Assembly: GCA_034530615.2 (NCBI GenBank)
Contig: JAVRCV020000080.1
Span: forward strand, 28,380 to 92,379
Source of the DNA: Aulosira sp. ZfuVER01
Lineage (GTDB): Bacteria; Cyanobacteriota; Cyanobacteriia; Cyanobacteriales; Nostocaceae
DNA length: 64,000 nt
Direction of reading: 5' to 3'
Position 1 is the stretch's first letter, and each line of letters opens with the position of its first letter. The notes beneath the pieces were generated by a model that did not search any database, was not told the origin of the DNA, and worked only from the letters and a program-made list of their open reading frames with translations. Below, one piece after another: positions 62,403 to 64,000 of this stretch. Position numbers and translations under genes: made by a program.

Positions 62403-63775
62403 ATGGACTTTGAGCCAAAACTCTCTACAGTAAACGCTGCGCTCTTTGAGCGTTTTGGCAGATATCTCAATGATGTCGAAACGGCAATTCTGATCGGTTC
62501 TCTTCAAAGGCAAACCTACGACCAGATTGCAGAAAATTCTGGATACTCTGAAAGTTATGTCAGGCGTGATGTTGGGCCAAAGCTGTGGAAGATGCTTTCT
62601 GAAGCATTGGGGGAACAAGTCAGCAAAACCAACTTTCAAACAGCATTGGAGCGAAGATTGCTGTTGACCGAAAGCAAAGAAAAAGGGATTAAATCAATAG
62701 CTCTAACACCAGATTCGCAGAGTAAAACAGAATTATTCAGTTCCTCAATCCAAGATTGGGGTGAAGCCGTGGATGTTTCGTTGTTTTACGGGCGGCAAAC
62801 CGAACTTGCTACTCTTAGACAATGGATTGTGCAAGACAAATGTCGATTGATTGCACTGTTAGGTATGGGTGGAATTGGTAAGAGTGCTTGTAGCGTGAAG
62901 TTAGCCCAAATTCTGCAAGCAGAGTTTGAGTTTATTATCTGGCGTAGCCTGAGTAACGCTCCTCCTTTAGAAACTCTTTTAACTGACTTAGTACTATTTT
63001 TATCAAATCAGCAAAGCACTAAAGCAGAGGTAGGACATATTGATTCATTACCTACGCAGTGCGCGATGTCTTGTAATTTTGGATAATTTGGAAACAATTT
63101 TAGATGCAGAACAAGCTGGACATTATATCCCAGGTTATGAAGGATATGGCGAACTGCTGCGTGTAGTAGGAGAAACAAGCCATAAAAGTTGTGTGATGCT
63201 TACTAGTCGCGAAAAACCGGCGGAAATAGCCACATTTGAAGGCGTAGACCTAGCAGTACGTACTTTGAAATTACAAGGCTCACAGGAAGCAGCGATCGCC
63301 TTGCTGCAAGCAAAAGGCTTAGTCGGTTCTCCGCAACAAAACCAAGCATTATGTGAACGCTACGGTAACAATTTATTAGCGCTCAAAATTGTTGCCACTA
63401 CTATTCAAGACCTGTTTGATAATAGTATTGAGGATTTTTTAAAACAAGACACAATAGTTTTCAATGGTATCCGTCGTCTATTAGAGCAACAATTCAATCG
63501 CTTATCTGCTTTAGAACAAACTGTGATGTACCGATTAGCAATTAATCGGGAATGGACAACAATAGATCGGTTACAAAAAGATATTGTACCTGCTGTTTCT
63601 AAGGCGCGGTTATTAGAAGCATTAGAAGCGTTGAATGGGCGATCGCTAATAGAAAAAAAATCAAGTAGCTATACTCAACAAGCTCTAGTGATGGAATATG
63701 TTAATGAGAAATTAGTAGAGCAGATTGCCAAAGAAATTGCACTCAAAAAACTTTCGTTGTTGTTTGCTCATGCAG
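62403..63775 (+). pseudogene. HTH + NB-ARC (STAND) protein, frameshifted and truncated
   Basis: HTH (TYDQIAENSGYS..GPKLWKMLSEALGE); Walker A GMGGIGKS; Walker B VILDNLE in another frame after about 63038; no WD40 repeats. Confidence 0.85.
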
Positions 63776-63918
63776 TTAAAATCCGAGCACCAATCCTTGG
63801 CTCATCTAGCTTGAAAGCAGCTTTGGATTTAAATTGGAATGAACCACAGCAAAGAAATTTAGCTTTGAGTATAGTACTGGATGTACTCGAACAAGCGGAA
63901 ACACGCCCTCAAACGTGA
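63776..63918 (+). mobile_element. Probable transposase (IS1182-like) internal fragment
   Basis: APILGSSSLKAALDLNWNEPQQRNLAL resembles a recalled segment of cyanobacterial IS1182-family transposases and not the expected STAND continuation. Confidence 0.5.
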
Positions 63919-64000
63919 AAAAGCAGGAGAGCAGGTGATACCGTTTTATATCATGTTCGTATAATCACTTATGATAAAAGTAGGTAGTAAAATTATAAAA

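Larger units (their letters stand above)
1..64000. repeat. HIP1 octamer GCGATCGC dispersed through the window
   Basis: Dozens of copies seen (e.g. near 708, 863, 1026, 3391, 35031, 63292); characteristic of many cyanobacteria. Confidence 0.95.

Noticed and set aside
373..62639. Many 60-150 aa ORFs overlapping confident genes on the other strand or frame
   Set aside because: Shadow ORFs with no independent motif or ribosome-binding evidence

Overview
64 kb of a heterocyst-forming cyanobacterial (Nostocales-type) chromosome, inferred from dense HIP1 octamers (GCGATCGC), heptameric STRR repeats and gene content. Most of it is core genome: pdxA, hik2, ccb1, pex, serS-rseP-nth-rpsN, aat, pilB-pilT-pilC divergent from grpE-dnaK-dnaJ-tusA-like-rsgA, a GH57 gene, dxr, a Na+/H+ antiporter, infC and ilvN. 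Notable parts: (1) an unannotated, ORF-free, multi-helix ~305-nt structured-RNA candidate between aat and the pil operon (14507-14812); (2) an 8.5-kb array of six GT-C-type membrane glycosyltransferase genes (four mosaic DUF2079 paralogs and two PIG-V-like), followed by a membrane-anchored polysaccharide deacetylase; (3) an SDR plus EthD-EthD-NTF2-like fusion operon divergent from an HTH-NB-ARC regulator that is frameshifted and cut by a transposase-like fragment; (4) long structured leaders before grpE and dnaJ; (5) stacked ECF-type and SigJ-type promoter motifs before a paralogous secreted/SLH gene pair; (6) several pseudogenes. No rRNA, tRNA, CRISPR array or intact transposase was seen. All family assignments are by-eye motif recognition, not database searches.
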